Shown here one piece after another: positions 26,271-40,383 of a stretch of 64,000 nt of DNA (the stretch's first letter is position 1; each line of letters begins with the position of its first letter). The translations under genes were made by a program, and so were the position numbers. The stretch is from Malacoraja senta (Eukaryota). The DNA is taken from contig CM075989.1 of assembly GCA_038087875.1 (NCBI GenBank), forward strand, positions 23,438,001-23,502,000, in the 5' to 3' direction. The notes below the pieces were generated by a model. The model was not told the origin of the DNA and searched no databases. It saw only the letters and a list, made by a program, of their open reading frames with translations.

Positions 26271-27069
26271 GCCTGAAGAAGGGTCTCAACATGAAATATC
26301 GCCTGTCTATTTTCCCAGGGACGCTGCCTGACCAACTGAGTTACTCCAGCACTTTGTGTCTATCTTTTCAGTTTAATAATAATATTTCATCCGAACAATC
26401 AAATTGGTCCAAATGCAACAACAAAACAACTAGATGCTGCAAATGGAACTGCTTGGATTTTGCTTCTGTCAGTTACTGTAATAATTTAGACATTTAATAA
26501 TTTAGTAGACATTCAGTAATCGCGTGTTGTAACAAGCATTGGAAATTGTGTTTATTTATTTTTTGTTAGATTAATGAGCAAAGCTAAATCTAGTATTTGT
26601 GTATCAATTACTGTTTTACTGCAACTGATTGTGACCCGAGGCTTGGAGGAAGATACCGTACAAGGATATTATTTTTTTTAAACTTTTTAAAAATGTGAAC
26701 AGTAACCTTTAAGTCTTAATTGTGTTTGTGGATGTTTTTTTATTATTTTTTCTGCTGTCCTTGGGTAAAAAATTTTGTTTTGTTTCCTTGGCTGATGCAC
26801 TATTTTCCAACATAATTTGGCCATATTGAGGGTTCAGAGCCAATAAGAGTGTTTTCCCTTGGATTACCTCCAATCAGACTTTACTGGCTTTACCTTGCAC
26901 TAAATGTTATTCTCCTATTATGTATCTATACACTGCAAATGGCTCGATTGTAATCATGTATTGTCTTTCTGCTGACTGGTTAGTACGCAACAAAAGCTGT
27001 CACTGTACCTTGGTACACGTGACAATAAACTAAAATAAATGCGATAGAAAAATATGTTAGTTAGTCTGT

Positions 27070-27795
27070 GCACTGAACATAGAACAATACAGCACAGAAA
27101 CAGGGCCTTTGGCCCACAATGTCTGTGCCTGCCATGATACCAATCCCATTTGCTTACCATGTGGTCTATATCCCTCCCTCATGGTCGATATCCCTCCATT
27201 CCCTATCTGTTCATATGCCTGTCTGAATCTTCTCACATGTTGCTAATGTATCTGCTTCCACCACTTTCCCTGGCAGCCGGTTTTAGGCACCTACCACTCT
27301 GTGTATATCGGAGAAAAAAACAACTTGCCTTGTAAGTATCCTTTAAACTCCCCTTATCCTCCCCTCATCTTAAACCTATGCCCTTTAGTATTTGACATTT
27401 CATTCCTAGGGCAAAAAGCTTGATTGACAACCCTATCTATGCCTCTCTCAGTTTTACTTACTTTCTATCAGGTCACACTCAGGCTCTGGCATGCCATGCA
27501 AAACATCAAAGTTTGTCCAACCTCATAGCTAATACTCTTTAATCTGGGCAGAATCTTAGTGAACAACTTCTGAATCCTCTCCCAACGCTCCACATCCTTC
27601 CTGTTAAGTGTTAAAGAGAACTGCATACAATACAATGTGTCCTGACCAAAATTTTTATACAGCAGTAGCATAACTTACTGAGTTTTATACTCAACTCCCC
27701 AACTAATGAAGGCAACTATGCCATCTTTTACCACCCCGTCTACATGCGCTGTCACTTTCAACGAGCTGTGGATTTGTACCCTAAAATCTCTCTGG
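27070..27795 (-). mobile_element. Older degraded CR1 LINE 3' fragment
   Basis: Remnants of LLLYK...YCMQF...RKDVERWERIQKLFTKILP and a CR1-type 3'UTR. Confidence 0.7.
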
Positions 27796-29128
27796 TTTGA
27801 TCGACTTGGGTTCTCGAAACTTAATTGCAACAGAAGCTAATGTTTGTCAAACTTAGCATTTAAATGGTCTAATTGTTGTGATGGATCTATAGGCAATAGA
27901 AGGGGTGGGAGATTTCAACCTTCACGCAGTCCGCCCTGTTTCGACGAATGCAATCAACATGGCGTGCCCAATCAAATAAAACAAGTTGTCCAACAACTTA
28001 GGCTGTGCACGCCATACGCAAGAAGAAGGCAATAGAAGTGATGTCTCATTTGGAGGAGGTATATATGAATTGCTAGAAAAAGTTTAAGGCAACTGGCAGG
28101 GAATGCCATGCGGAAGAAGAAATGCTTGCTATTGAATCTGTAGAAATTAAATGGAAAAGTTCTAGTTGCTCTTAACGTCAGTGTTTAAAAGGCAACTGAA
28201 AATGTAATGGAAAGGGTAGACCTGGGTTACAGTTTTCCTTAGCAAGGCTGTGAAGTATCTAGCTGCTGTTCCTTCCTCTCCTTATATGGAGGCTGTGAAT
28301 GAGGGAGATATGGCAGCATGAGAATTTGGAAGTCTTGCAAAGGAAAATGGTAATCTCTTTAAAGAATGAATAGAATCAGGAGCGGGGGTAGAAACAAGGA
28401 ACTACAGATGCCGGTTATAAAGAGCCAGTGTTGGAGTAACTCATTAGGTCAAGCAGCATCCCTGGAGAACATGGATAGGTGACATTTTGGGTCTTGATCC
28501 TTCTGACTTGGGTGACGTTTTGGGTCAGGACCCTTCTTTGGACAGATCGTTGGGGGTGGGGAGGAAGCAAGCTACAAGACAGGAGGGGCAGGATAAAAAT
28601 AAGAAAGGTGCAAGCCCTCTGATGGGATTGTACGGTAGGCCCTCCAGTAGCAAGCAGAAGATAGAGGAACAGATATGTAGACTGATTTCTGAAAGACGTC
28701 AAGGCAACAGGGCTGTCTTAGTGGGTGACTAACTTCCCGAATATTGACTGGGACTTGCTCGGTGCCAAAGGGTTAGACAGGGCAGAATTAGTGAGGTGTA
28801 TCCAAGAGGATTTCTTCAAACAGTATGTGGATAGTCCAACCCGAGAAGGTACCATACTGCCACCTGAGTGTTGTCGTAACAGTCTCTCTGATTAGTCGTG
28901 CAACTCCTCCGTCTCTGTTGCCTCCCTCTCGATCACGTCTGAAACAACAAAACCCGGGAACATTGAACTGCCAGTCGTGTCCCCCTAGCAACCTAGAAGC
29001 CTGCTCTAGATGCCAGAACTCAAAACTAATGGACAAAATTAGGCAACTTGGTCTATGAGCCTGTTTCAGACGAACCATAGTGAAAGGTCGTGCTGATTCC
29101 TGAAAATAATTTATATTATTTCCTGATT

Positions 29129-30555
29129 AATGAATGAATGTTTATTGGCCAAGTATTCACATACAAGGAATTTGCCTTGGTGTTCTGCCCGCAAGTGACA
29201 ACATGACATACAGTGACAGTTAGGAATGACACATAAAACATTAAACATTGATAATAAAACATTATTTTTCAAAACATGTGAATTAAATAAAATACCAGAG
29301 CAAAAGGAGGCAACAGACTTTTGGTTATTGAGTAGAGCTACTACTCGTGGAAAAATATAAGTTTTTATATCTGGCTGTGGCGGCTTTGACAGTCTGGAGT
29401 CGCCTTCCAGAGGGAAGTGATTCAAAGAGTTTGTGGCCAGGGTGAGAGGGGTCAGAGATGATCTTACCCACTCGCTTCCTGACCCTTGCAGTGTACAGTT
29501 CAAGGGAAGGTTGCAGCCAATAACCTTCTCAGCTGATCGGACGATTCGCTACAGCCTCTGGATGTCGACCATGATGGAGAAGGTGAGGACAAACTCTACG
29601 ATGGCCGTATAGAATTGGACCATCATTGCCTGTGGCAGATTGTGCTTCCTCAGCTGCCGCCGGAAGTACTTCCTCTGTTGTGCCATTTTGACTGTGGAGT
29701 CGATGGTAGCCCCCCATTTACGGTCCTTGGAGATGATGGTTCCCAGGAACTTAAAAGACTCCACAGATGGGACTGTGGTGTTGTTGATGGCGAGTGAAGG
29801 GAGGGGGAGCTCTCCTAAAGTCTACTATCAATTCCACTATCTTAAGAGCATTGAGCTCCAGGTTGTTGCGATGGCACCAGGACGCCAGCTGTGTCACTTC
29901 CTGTCTGTAGGCAGATTCCTCCCCATTCTGGATCAGTCCAATCAGGGTTGTGTCTTCCGCAAACTTGAGAAGCTTGACAGAGGAGTCAGTGGAGGTGCAG
30001 TCATTGGTGTAGAGAGAGTAGAGGAGAGGGGAGAGTACGCAGCCTTGCGGTGCTCCTATGCTGAGGGTTTGCGGGTCCGAGATGTGCTTTCCCAGCCTCA
30101 CATGCTGCTTCCTGTCTGTCAGGAAGCTGGTGATTCACCGACAGAGGGGTTCAGGCACAGTCAACTCGGAAAGTTTGGAGTGTAGTAGCTCTGGCACAAT
30201 GGTGTTGAATGCAGAGCTAAAATCAACAAACAAAATCCTTGCATAGGTCCCCTGGCGGTCTAGGTGCTGGAGGATGAAGTGCAGGCCCAGGTTGACTGCG
30301 TCATCCTCAGATCTATTGACCCGATATGGAAACTGCAGAGGGTCCAGCAGGGTCAGTGCGACAGAAGTCAGTGCGACAGGCCTGTAGTCATTAAGACCAG
30401 TAATCCTTGCCTTTTTGGGTAAAGGGACAACAGTGGAGACTTTAAAGCAGGCAGGGACAGTACAGGTTTGCAGGGACTGGTTGTGCCAGTTGTTCGGCAC
30501 AGAGCTTGAGAGTAGAGGGGGAAACATTGTCCGATCCTGGAGATTTCCGGCTCTA
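29129..30555 (-). mobile_element. Rex1/Babar-like LINE, degenerate RT plus 3'UTR
   Basis: [63 protein letters not shown]; (TTCA)n tail. Confidence 0.88.
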
Positions 30556-31865
30556 TGTAGTTCTAAAAAGTTATTTTAAACCTATGTATCTGGATCAAAT
30601 TCATCAAGGGAGTCTTTGGTGATAATGTGTGTCACACAACATCCTAGCTGTAATTTTATTCAGTCTTGGTCAGGAGCTCCTCTTGCCCTCCTTACAAGGG
30701 GTCTAATGAATCTTCGCTTGCTGCATAAAGCCGACCATAAGTTCCAGAAGTTAATTACCCTCTTTGAAAAGAAGCACCTCAAAGGGAATGCTGCAGATGC
30801 TTGGCGGGTCCGGCAGCATCCATGGAAATGATCTACAGATGCTGTCTGACTTGCTCAGAATCATCAGAATTTGTATTTCAGAATTTTGGCATCTGTGTTT
30901 TTCTTCCCTTTCCCCCTCGACCTCCAACCTAGTTTTCAGTTTCCCTAATGTGCAAGCACAATCCCGTGTTCTCTTGGAAATGTATCCATGCATTCCATTG
31001 TTGTATTTAATAACTTGAGTAAAACAGTCTCGTTTCTGGCAAAAGAACACTCATTGCCCAAAGCGTTGACAATAACTCAAAAGTTTAATCAATTAGTTAG
31101 CAATCTAATGGCCCTCGTCCAAATTTCTTCAATCATCTATTTCACTCGTGACCAAATCAAAATGTGATGGATTTTTAAACGAGGCCTGACTAAATACTTG
31201 GGGAGGAACATTATGGTGCTCTTTTTTTAAATTGGATTGTCCTTGCAATATTACTCATTACATAAACTCACGGCATTGTTCATAACCCTTCCAAGTCTCT
31301 AGCTCTCAAATGTAAATGCCATCCCACCCCAGCGGACTCTGTAACTACTTGGTGTTAGCTGTAATGGTATTTTCATCAACGGGTTGGGTTCACTTTCCCC
31401 CTTGCATCTAGAACCCCTTTCTGTATAGGGTTCTAAAAGCACAATGCAATCATTAATGTTTAAACTACTACAAATAATTCATAAGGATTGTGTGTATGTT
31501 TTTCCTTTTAAGCCACTGAATTTTAAAGCTGGCTGACTACTGTTCAATTCACACATTCCATTTCACAAAGCATTATTTTTCTAATCTTCATCTACATTAC
31601 CAAATTTAATTTGATGTGCTGTCATCTTGGTTGTAGTCTTCTGCAGCAAAATGGGTGCTTATTTTCCCTCAATTCCAATACTCAGTGGTTATTTTCTTTC
31701 TAGTCCAATATTCTTTTGCAAAGAATAACATCTTTATGTACAGAGTTGCACAGTCAGCGGATGTGATGGGCTTGCTATGTTTTGATGCTACTTTGAAGAA
31801 CTTGATGGTCATTTAAAACTATGGTCAAAGTATAGGGAGTATTTTCATCTCCCTGTCGGGCAAAG

Positions 31866-32400
31866 GGGACAGAGGACATACTGCAGTATACATCCACTGA
31901 GATGATATGGGTGGAGCATAGAAATAAGAAAGGTGCTAGTACTCTGATGGGATTGTACTGTAGCAAGCAGAAGATAGAGGAACAGATATGTAGGCCGATA
32001 TCTGAAAGACGCCAAAGCAACAGGGCTGCCTTAGTTCCCAAATATTGATTGGGACTTGCTCAGTGCCAAAGGGTTATACAGGGTAGAATTAGTGAGGTGT
32101 ATGCAAGAGGATTTCTTCAAACAGTATGTGGATAGTCCAACCCGAGAAGGTACCATACTGCCATCTGAGTGCTGTCGCAACAGTCTCTCTGATTAGTAGT
32201 GCAACTCCTCCGTCTCTGTTTCCTCCCTCATGATCACGTCTGAAACGACAATACCCGGGAACATTGAACTGCCACTTGTGTCCCCCTAACAACCACGTTT
32301 CTGCAATGACCACAGCATCATGGTCCCAAGCACTGATCCAGGCTCTTAAGTTCATCTACTCTCTCCACAATACTTCTTGCAGTGAAATAAACGCACTTCA
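31866..32400. mobile_element. Internally inverted CR1 AP-endonuclease fragment (partial copy at 28597-28993)
   Basis: Minus-strand IAETWL...PGY...RRD...GGVALLIRE joined to plus-strand IWVE.RNKKG..TLMGLY. Confidence 0.75.
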
Positions 32401-32983
32401 ACCCATCAGCCTTCCAATATTTCTTCATCTCTACCTGCCTGTCCTTTCCTTTTTGTCTTACCTGCTCCTAGCCTCCACCTTCCCATCACTCTTTCCAATT
32501 TCTGATCACCTTTTCTGGTTCTAACTTATTTATCTGATTACTGTATCTGCAGCCTGTTTTTCTTTGTGTCTCCACTAATAAAGCAGCATCCGACTCAACC
32601 TCCAACACCCTCGCCCCACCTGCCCCCTTCTCTGCTAATCTATGGCTATCTTTCACCTACTATCCGCAGTCTCCCAAATAATACAAAGGAGCAGAATTAG
32701 ACCATTTGGTCCATCAAGTCTATTCTGCCATTCGATCATGGCTGATCTACCTTTTCCTCTCAACCCCATTCTCCTGCCTTCTCCGCATAACCTTTGACAC
32801 CTTTACTAATCAAGAACCTATCAATCTCCACTTTAAAAAAAGATGTTAGCTCTTTCTGATCAGTCTATTTTTCTTTCCTTGTTCTGTTTCCATTTTGTAC
32901 CTTTCATTTTAATTATTTTTGTTTTCAATTCCAGTAGTTCATTTTCAAAGAGATCTAATTTTTTTAACTGATCTTTTTATTCA

Positions 32984-33250
32984 GTTTAGTTTAGTGATGC
33001 AGCGTCTGCACCGACCAGTGATTGCCCGTACACTAGTTCCATGCTACACACTAAGGACAATTTACAGAAAGCAATTAAACTACAATCCTGCACGTCTTTG
33101 GAGTATGGAAGGAATTCGGAGCACCCGGACCAAACCCACGCGGTCACAGGGAGAACGTACAAATTCCGTACCGACAGCACCCATAGTCGGGATCGAACCC
33201 GGGTCTCTGGCGCTGTAAGGCAGCAACTCTACCGCTGCGCCACTGTGCCG
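32984..33250 (-). mobile_element. tRNA-derived SINE just upstream of ZNF710 coding exon 2
   Basis: Reverse complement of the 5150 family. Confidence 0.85.
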
Positions 33251-33313
33251 CCTGTAACAAATTTGGATAACAACTTTATTTCAAGTCTTACCTGCTACCT
33301 CTTGTCCCTGCAG

Positions 33314-33505
33314 GGAGTTAAAGAATTTAAGTGTGAGGTGTGTGGACGTGAATTCACCCTTCAAGCAAATTTGAAGAGGCACATGTTGATCCATACGAGT
33401 GTACGAGCTTATCAGTGCCACATCTGCTTTAAAACATTTGTTCAGAAACAGACTTTGAAGACCCACATGATTGTTCATTCACCTATCAAACCATTTAAAT
33501 GTAAG
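33314..33505 (+). CDS. ZNF710: ZNF710 coding exon 2 (192 nt)
   Basis: ctgcAG|GGAGTT...TGTAAG|GTAAG; encodes GVKEFKCEVCGREFTLQANLKRHMLIH...KPFKCK. Confidence 0.95.
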
Positions 33506-35010
33506 GTAAGAGTAAAGGCTACTGTTCTGATCCTCTACTCATAGTGACATAGTGCCAGCAACAGGCCTTATGTAGGGACAGCTTTAGAAAAGGAATATGG
33601 AGCAGCTAAATAGTCATAGAATGATACAATGTGGAAACAGGCCCTTTGGCTGAACATGCCCACACCGGCCAACTTGTCCCAGCTACACTAGTCCTACCTG
33701 CCTGCGTTTGGCCCATATCCTTCCAAACTTGTCCTATCCATGTACCTGTCTGACTGTTTCTTAAACGTTGATCGTCCCAGCCTCAACTGCATCCTCTGGC
33801 AGCTTGTTCCATACACCCACCACTCTTTGTGTGAAAAAGTTATTCCTCGGATTCCTATTAAATCTTTTCCCCTTCACCTTGAACCTTTGGACTAGAAAAT
33901 GCCAAGTTTTTAATAGTGTACTGATGAGAAAATAATTGGTTATCTTGAGGATAGCTAGAGAAATAGACTAACAGATTATGCCAGCTTCAAAGATCTTGGC
34001 GTGACTGTGAAAAAAGAAACCAAACACATCCGGCCCTTTTTCCCCAATTGCCATTTTTTCCCCTCTGGCTGAGGTTGTGATACTGTTCTTAGTTCATTGA
34101 TACAAGAAATCTAGGAGGAACTGAGCAGTGAAAAGGATGTAGGTGGAGTTTTAGGAGGAAGTATTCAATGAAGTATTCATTCAGATTAAATGAAGGGGCA
34201 GGGACTTGGCAGATGGAATGTAATGTGGGAAATTGTGCAATCTTTAGTAGAAAAATAATTGCATGTTGAGAGATTAAAAGGTGTGCTATTCAAAGAGAAC
34301 TGGAAGTCCTTGTGCACAAATTACTAAAAGGTTAAAGTTCAGTACAGTGAGAAATTGGGAAAACAAATGGGATTTTGGCCTTTATTGCACGAAATAATGA
34401 GTACAAGAGTGACTGTCTTAAAGCAGTTATGGGGCATGAAGTAATAAGCACAGGAATGAACTTCTTAAAACAGTTATGGGACCTGCACATGGAATGTTGT
34501 GTACTGGTCTGGTGTCCCTGCCCAAGGAAAGATACACCTGCATTAAAGTTTTCACCATATTGATTCCCTGGACGGTAGATGTGTTTTATGAAGAGAGATT
34601 AAACAGACTAGGATTAAGTTGGCAAATTTTGAAGAACATGGGGTGATATCATTGAAATGTACCAATTTCTTTGCTGGCTGGATGCAAGCAGGATTTAATC
34701 TTCTCCCTTTTTTAAAGTCATCTTTTCCTGATTTCTAAAATGCTCCAAATCACCCTTAAATCTTTACTATCCGTGTACCAGTCCAAATGTCTCTTTAGAC
34801 ATCATGTATATGTTCATACAAAAGTGTAACTGGAACCAAAGTAATAAAGCTGTCACAATGTTTCAACTAGTGCCATGTAACCATCAACAATACAGACTGG
34901 TTATTGTTTTCATGCATACACACATTCAAGTGCATGATAGCTTTACAATGTTGTTAATCAGCTTAATTTCTAATTATGGAAACAACCAATATATAGTAAA
35001 TTGCATCACC

Positions 35011-35795
35011 TGATTTTTGATTTTTTGATATTGATTCAATTTATTGTCATTGCACTTTTCAGTGCAACGAAATGGTTTAGCCTGCAGTCATAACATAGAA
35101 TAAATAACAAAAACACACACTCAACACAGTTTAACATCCACCACAGTGAGTCCACCAGGCACCTCCTCACTGTGATGGAAGGCAAAAAGTCCCAAAGTCC
35201 ATGTCTCTTCCCTCCTTGCTCTCCCTCTGCGCTGAGGCGATCCAGGCCTCCGATGTTGTGACCCCGCCGGGTGATGGTAAGTAAGTCCCGCGGCTGAATC
35301 CGAACGGGCCGGTTCAAACTCCGCGGCCCAGGGCGGTCGAAGCTGCCGAAGCTGCCGCCCTCCAGTCCAGCGGACGCAGCTGTTGCGGGAGCTACGGAAA
35401 AACAGGTCACCAACCTGTGACCTGCGAGCTCCCGACGATGTCGACCACTGGCCCTCACCGAGCCTCCGAAGTCGGGTCGCAACGCCACCACAGCCCCGAA
35501 GTCGGCCAGCCCCGCGCTGGCAAGTCCCGCTGGCTCTGCCTCCCGAGCCCCGAGGTCGGTACCAGTTGGAGGCCGCCAGCCCCGCGATAGGCCTCAGCGC
35601 AGACGGAGACGGGGGATACGGCAAGAAAGGTCGCATCCCCCCCGAAGGAAGAGCCAAAAAACATGCTTCTCCCACCCCCCCACACATACACAACTAAAAT
35701 AAACCAAAACAAACCGACAAAAGAAAACAAAAAAAGAAAAGACAAACGGACTGCAGGCGAGCCGCAGCTGCAAGGCAGCGCCGCCACTTCCGGTG
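35011..35795 (-). mobile_element. CpG-rich non-autonomous retroelement (shorter relative at ~54405-54645)
   Basis: 5' end CCGGAAGTGGCGGCGC; 3' end GACAATAAA plus short-repeat tail; shared segment ACATCCACCACAG...CTCACTGTGATGGAAGG with the 54.5-kb copy. Confidence 0.65.
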
Positions 35796-35911
35796 TGGCT
35801 GAAGGTGTAACTGCAGATTTTATTACCTTGCAATAGTGGGCCAAATTTTATTAGACTGTACCCCCTCCCTTGAACCACCGAAGATCTTCTAGTGCTAATA
35901 CCTACCTGCTT

Positions 35912-36214
35912 TGGTTTAGTTTAGGTTAGTTTAAAGATACAGCACAGAAACACACCATTCAGCCCACTGAGTCCGCGCTAACCAGCGATCACCCCGTACT
36001 CTATCCTACACACTGGGAACAATTCATAATCTTTATCGAAGCCAATTGACCTACAAACCTGTACGTCTTTGGAGTGTGGGAGGAAACCGGAGCACTTGGA
36101 GAAAACCCTCACGGTCACGGGGAGAACGTATAAACTCTGTACAGATAGCACCCATAGTCAGGATCAAACCCGGGTCTCTGGTGCTGTGGTGCAGCAACTG
36201 CGCCACTGTGCTGC
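35912..36214 (-). mobile_element. tRNA-derived SINE
   Basis: Reverse complement of the 5150 family. Confidence 0.85.
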
Positions 36215-37289
36215 CCCAGGCCTGGTGTGGGTGCAATGGGCAAACTTTGCTGGCCTCGAGAAAGGCAGTAGTTTTCTTACTAAAAAACACTTAGCAATTT
36301 AGTTCACTAAAAACATTGTTTGGTTTTAGATTGAAAGTGTTTGTAAATTTGTCAAAGAACAAAAGAATTGGAGAATTTTAGAAACAAGCAAAGGATGACT
36401 TTAACAAAAGGAGAAGATTAAATATTACGTAGCAAGACATAAAAATGGTTTGCAATTTCTCAAGGAAGAAGGTTTTTTTTAATGTTGGTCTCTTCAGAGT
36501 TCTAAAAGAGGAATTGATATTTTGTGTAAAGGCAAATAATATTTAAAGCATACAAAAATATGAAGTACTACACATTGAAAATGTACTGGGCAAACTAATG
36601 GGTTAAGGGTTGTCAAATTTGGATCCCATGCCTGCGTCTTAGGGTTTAAGGGGTGAGCATCATAATGAGAACTGTAACAAAATTTCCAAGATTCTGGAAA
36701 AGTCTCAGGAAATTGAACAGCAGTGTTAAATTTGATGTTGAACAAAAGAGAAAGGAATGAAAATAGTGATGGAAGTAGTTGGCAAAACAAATGATTGGGA
36801 AATGCTGTATCCCTGATATAGCAAAAAGAAGCACTGAACATGATTAGGCAAAATTAACGTGACCTTATGAAGGGAACATTATTTAATCACTTTTTTTAAA
36901 CATTTTGTGGGTAGGAGGGTTATATAGATTTTTTTAATTACATGGTTTTAGATTTTCTAAAGGCGTTTGTTAAGATGAAAAAGTCACTCTGCAAGATGCA
37001 CACAAAGGAAATATGTTTCATATACAGATAACAAAGTGACAATAAATGGATCATACAGGTTGGCAAAAGTGGAATGCCTTGAATTGTTCCTTGAGTTTTC
37101 TGCAATCTACAATAATAACGAGTGAAGGAATTGGGAATACTATATTTGGCTTCTTGATATGATAGTGATATGTGGGATGTGACATTGATCAGAATCTCAC
37201 ATCGAATGATTCTGACTTTTAGGCATCAATTAGCAATAGCGTATTAGTATTCTCCAATGGGTTTTCATTCTCTCAGAGGTATAGAAATT

Positions 37290-37820
37290 ATCCAGCACTG
37301 AAATAGGCTGGACAAAGCAGACTATAGACAAGCCAACCCGCAACAAGGGACTGGCCTTCTAATTCCTGAGAGCCTTTCTACAAGACACAGTCAGATGTGG
37401 GATGGAATGCTGTCCACTTGGCTGGATGCAAGGCTCAGCACCATCTTGCACAAAGCCTCCCAATTAATTGATATCCCTTCCACTACAGGTGCATAGACTG
37501 TGTCATCTACAAAATGCACTGAAGTTATTTGCATAGACTACCCAGAAATCTCAAAAGCCTCACTCTCTATCACCAGAAAGTACAATGGATACATGGGAAC
37601 ACTAATTGGTCTTCCAAATTGTACAAAATATTGACTTGGAAATACATTGCTGGCTCTAATTTCTGGAGCACTCTCCTCGACAGCAATGTGAGATTACTCT
37701 CACGAGGACTGCAATGGTTCAAGAATGTGGCTCTCCCTACCACCTTGAGGGCAATGAGGCATGAGCAATAAATGTTGATGTTCGCATCAATGCCCATATT
37801 TTGAGAAAAACAAAAAAAGT
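37290..37820 (+). mobile_element. Old LINE (CR1/L2 group) 3' end
   Basis: Degenerate RT C-terminus and a 3' end with GGGCAAT...GCAATAAATG followed by an A-rich tail. Confidence 0.5.
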
Positions 37821-38589
37821 TACACTTACCCATGCTTGCTATAATGTGAGTTTGTATATGAGTTGACAATATCTATTCCATTAGATTAAAAAGAGGAAGA
37901 GAGCACTGAAAGTGGCCAGATTACAAACATTGAGTCCTGTCTATCCCTCTGTAGTATATTGTAACCCTGTCACCTCTTCACCCACTGACCTTTCTGCAGA
38001 CTTGGCTAATGATTGGGAGGAAGACTCAAATTTTCATTCACCTGCAGTCTCTTGTGTCATGAATTTTAACCTGTTTTCCTCTGGTGCTGAATCTTTGTTG
38101 CATGTTGTGTAGCATGTTGATGTTTAGTTATCTCAATTTATGCATGCTACCATCACATTGGAATAAGTACACTTGGTAATTCTTCATCTGGCTCAGTGGT
38201 TTTATGGTAGCATTTTGTCATTTTCAAAGCTATCAGAAAATTATAATGCCCATCATTTTTGATGACTTTCTGTAACGTGTTCAGAGTTCAACTGCTAGGT
38301 ATGTTGTAGTGTATGATTAACATCATAATATGAGAATGTTTAACCATAAGTTACTGTGGTAGTTCACCTGTTTCAGTCATTGTTTAGTACAATTGAGTTG
38401 TAACAGTGCTGTGCCTTTTGTGCTTTTACATACAATCCAATGAAGAGTAGAGATGAATGAGAAAATGACTTCATGCAGTAGAAGCAAAGACAAACTCTGT
38501 TTCTTAGGGTGAGCCCCTCGGAGAATCATTTAATTTGGGGGGATTTTACCTTAAATGAGATTAAAGAACTTGCTGGGTTGTTTTTTCAG

Positions 38590-38764
38590 GTTTGTGGTAA
38601 AGAATTCAACCGGATGTACAATCTCCTGGGTCACATGCACCTCCACTCAGACAGCAAGCCGTTCAGATGTCCATACTGTTCAAGCAAATTTACCCTCAAA
38701 GGCAATTTAAGCCGGCACATGAAAGTCAAGCATGGTGTCATGGATATTGTTCTCGATGGACAAG
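38590..38764 (+). CDS. ZNF710: ZNF710 coding exon 3 (175 nt)
   Basis: ttttcAG|GTTTGT...CAAG|GTACAG; encodes VCGKEFNRMYNLLGHMHLH...KHGVMDIVLDGQ. Confidence 0.95.
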
Positions 38765-40383
38765 GTACAGTACAGATGCTTGTACTCATGGCATATTATA
38801 AACTGAGATTGAGACGCACATTGTTTCACTTGTTGCTTTTTTAAATCCGTCACAAAATCCTGATGCAATTCTTGAAACATGTAGTTGGTACTGTTGTAAT
38901 CATCAATGTACTTTTACACAAAAGTTTGTTTTGTACGTCTGATTCTGCATTAGATTAGTGCTGTCTGAAGAAGGGTCTCAACCCGAAACACCCCTAGTTC
39001 CAAGTTATTCCACTTTCATATCCACTACCTACACACTAGGGGCAATTTACAGCTGTCAATTAACCTTCAAACCCACACGTCTTTGGGATGTGGGAGGAAC
39101 CGGAGCATCCGGAAGAAACCCACACGATCACAGGGAGAACGCGCAAACTCCACACACCCGAGGTCATTTCGAACCCGGGTCCCTGGCGCTGTGAGGCAGT
39201 GGCTCTACCAGCTGCACCACCGTGTCTTCAGAATAAAATTAGAAGTGGGAGTGAAATAGTATAGTAACTGAAAAGTATTCTTGGATTCTGAAATGTATCT
39301 GAGAGAATTTACTTGTGTGTGCCATCCTGAACTATTAAGTTAGTTGTTAAGTTGTTTCCCTGTGGAAATCTCAGTATGTATAATAATAAGTGCTGATTAT
39401 GTCTGTGTATCCATGTGCATGCAAGATGCAGCTGGGAAGGTCATTGGAAGCTTCAGACAGAAGTTGTTCCTTCCGCATCACTTGCTGAATAATCCCCACA
39501 GTGTACTGCCGTCAATCGGCGATGCCTAGATGCTTGTGCATGTCCATTCAGGGCCCTGGATGTACAACGTAAACCTATTTCGTATGAGAAATGAGAAGAA
39601 TTGGTGCGGAAAAGAAAAAAATTGAGACAAACAGTCCAACTGACAGTTTTAATTTTAAAAAGTACGAAGATGATTCGAGGAATCGGAAAATAAGGAAGAT
39701 GTTGGCATTGACTATAATGCAGTCTCCTTGCTGAGCCCTTGATATGCTTACTATTGAAACGCAGTCAATTGCATATCAAGCATGACAATCAGTTTATAGA
39801 CAGGAAGATTCTACAACCAGAGAATATTGATTTGCTCTCTAGTTTGGTCTTGGATGGTGATGAGCTGTCTGCTCTTTATTTTGAATAGTTGAAAGGGACT
39901 TTGCCAAATGTACAGCCTGTTCAAAATGGGATTGAGGGGAAGGTGTTAGATATTGTTTAGAATGAAACAGAATAAGCATTTGTAGAGAGAAGTGGTCCAG
40001 GGAGGCCTTTTCGCTTGTTTCAGAAGTAACATGCAAGTGAAATAACGTAGAATAGAGGCAAACAGGCCAACATGCACGAGCTGAAGATTTGCAAGCTTAC
40101 AATCTCAAACTAAGCATCTTTTTAAGGTGAGAAACTGAGACTTGTACATTAATGTGATATAGATTATCAGAGGTTGTGGTGCATGCTTAGGCAGGGGACG
40201 AGAGCATCTGAGCTCAAGGTGCTTCAATCCCATACTGCGGGTTTGTTGCAATTTCGGAGTTGCAAATGTGCATATGAGGCAATGAACAGTTAAATGACAC
40301 ATTATCACATGTTTATTATGGTTTGGAATTTGCTTTAAACTAGTGATCCCTTCATTCCTTTGACACTTCCTTTTATCTCACAG

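Noticed and set aside
33041..33313. Open frame extending ZNF710 exon upstream through a SINE
   Set aside because: Canonical acceptor at 33312-33313 gives the in-phase junction; upstream sequence is antisense SINE
35036..35878. Several overlapping 94-190 aa ORFs
   Set aside because: Expected in a GC-rich repeat; no recognisable domain
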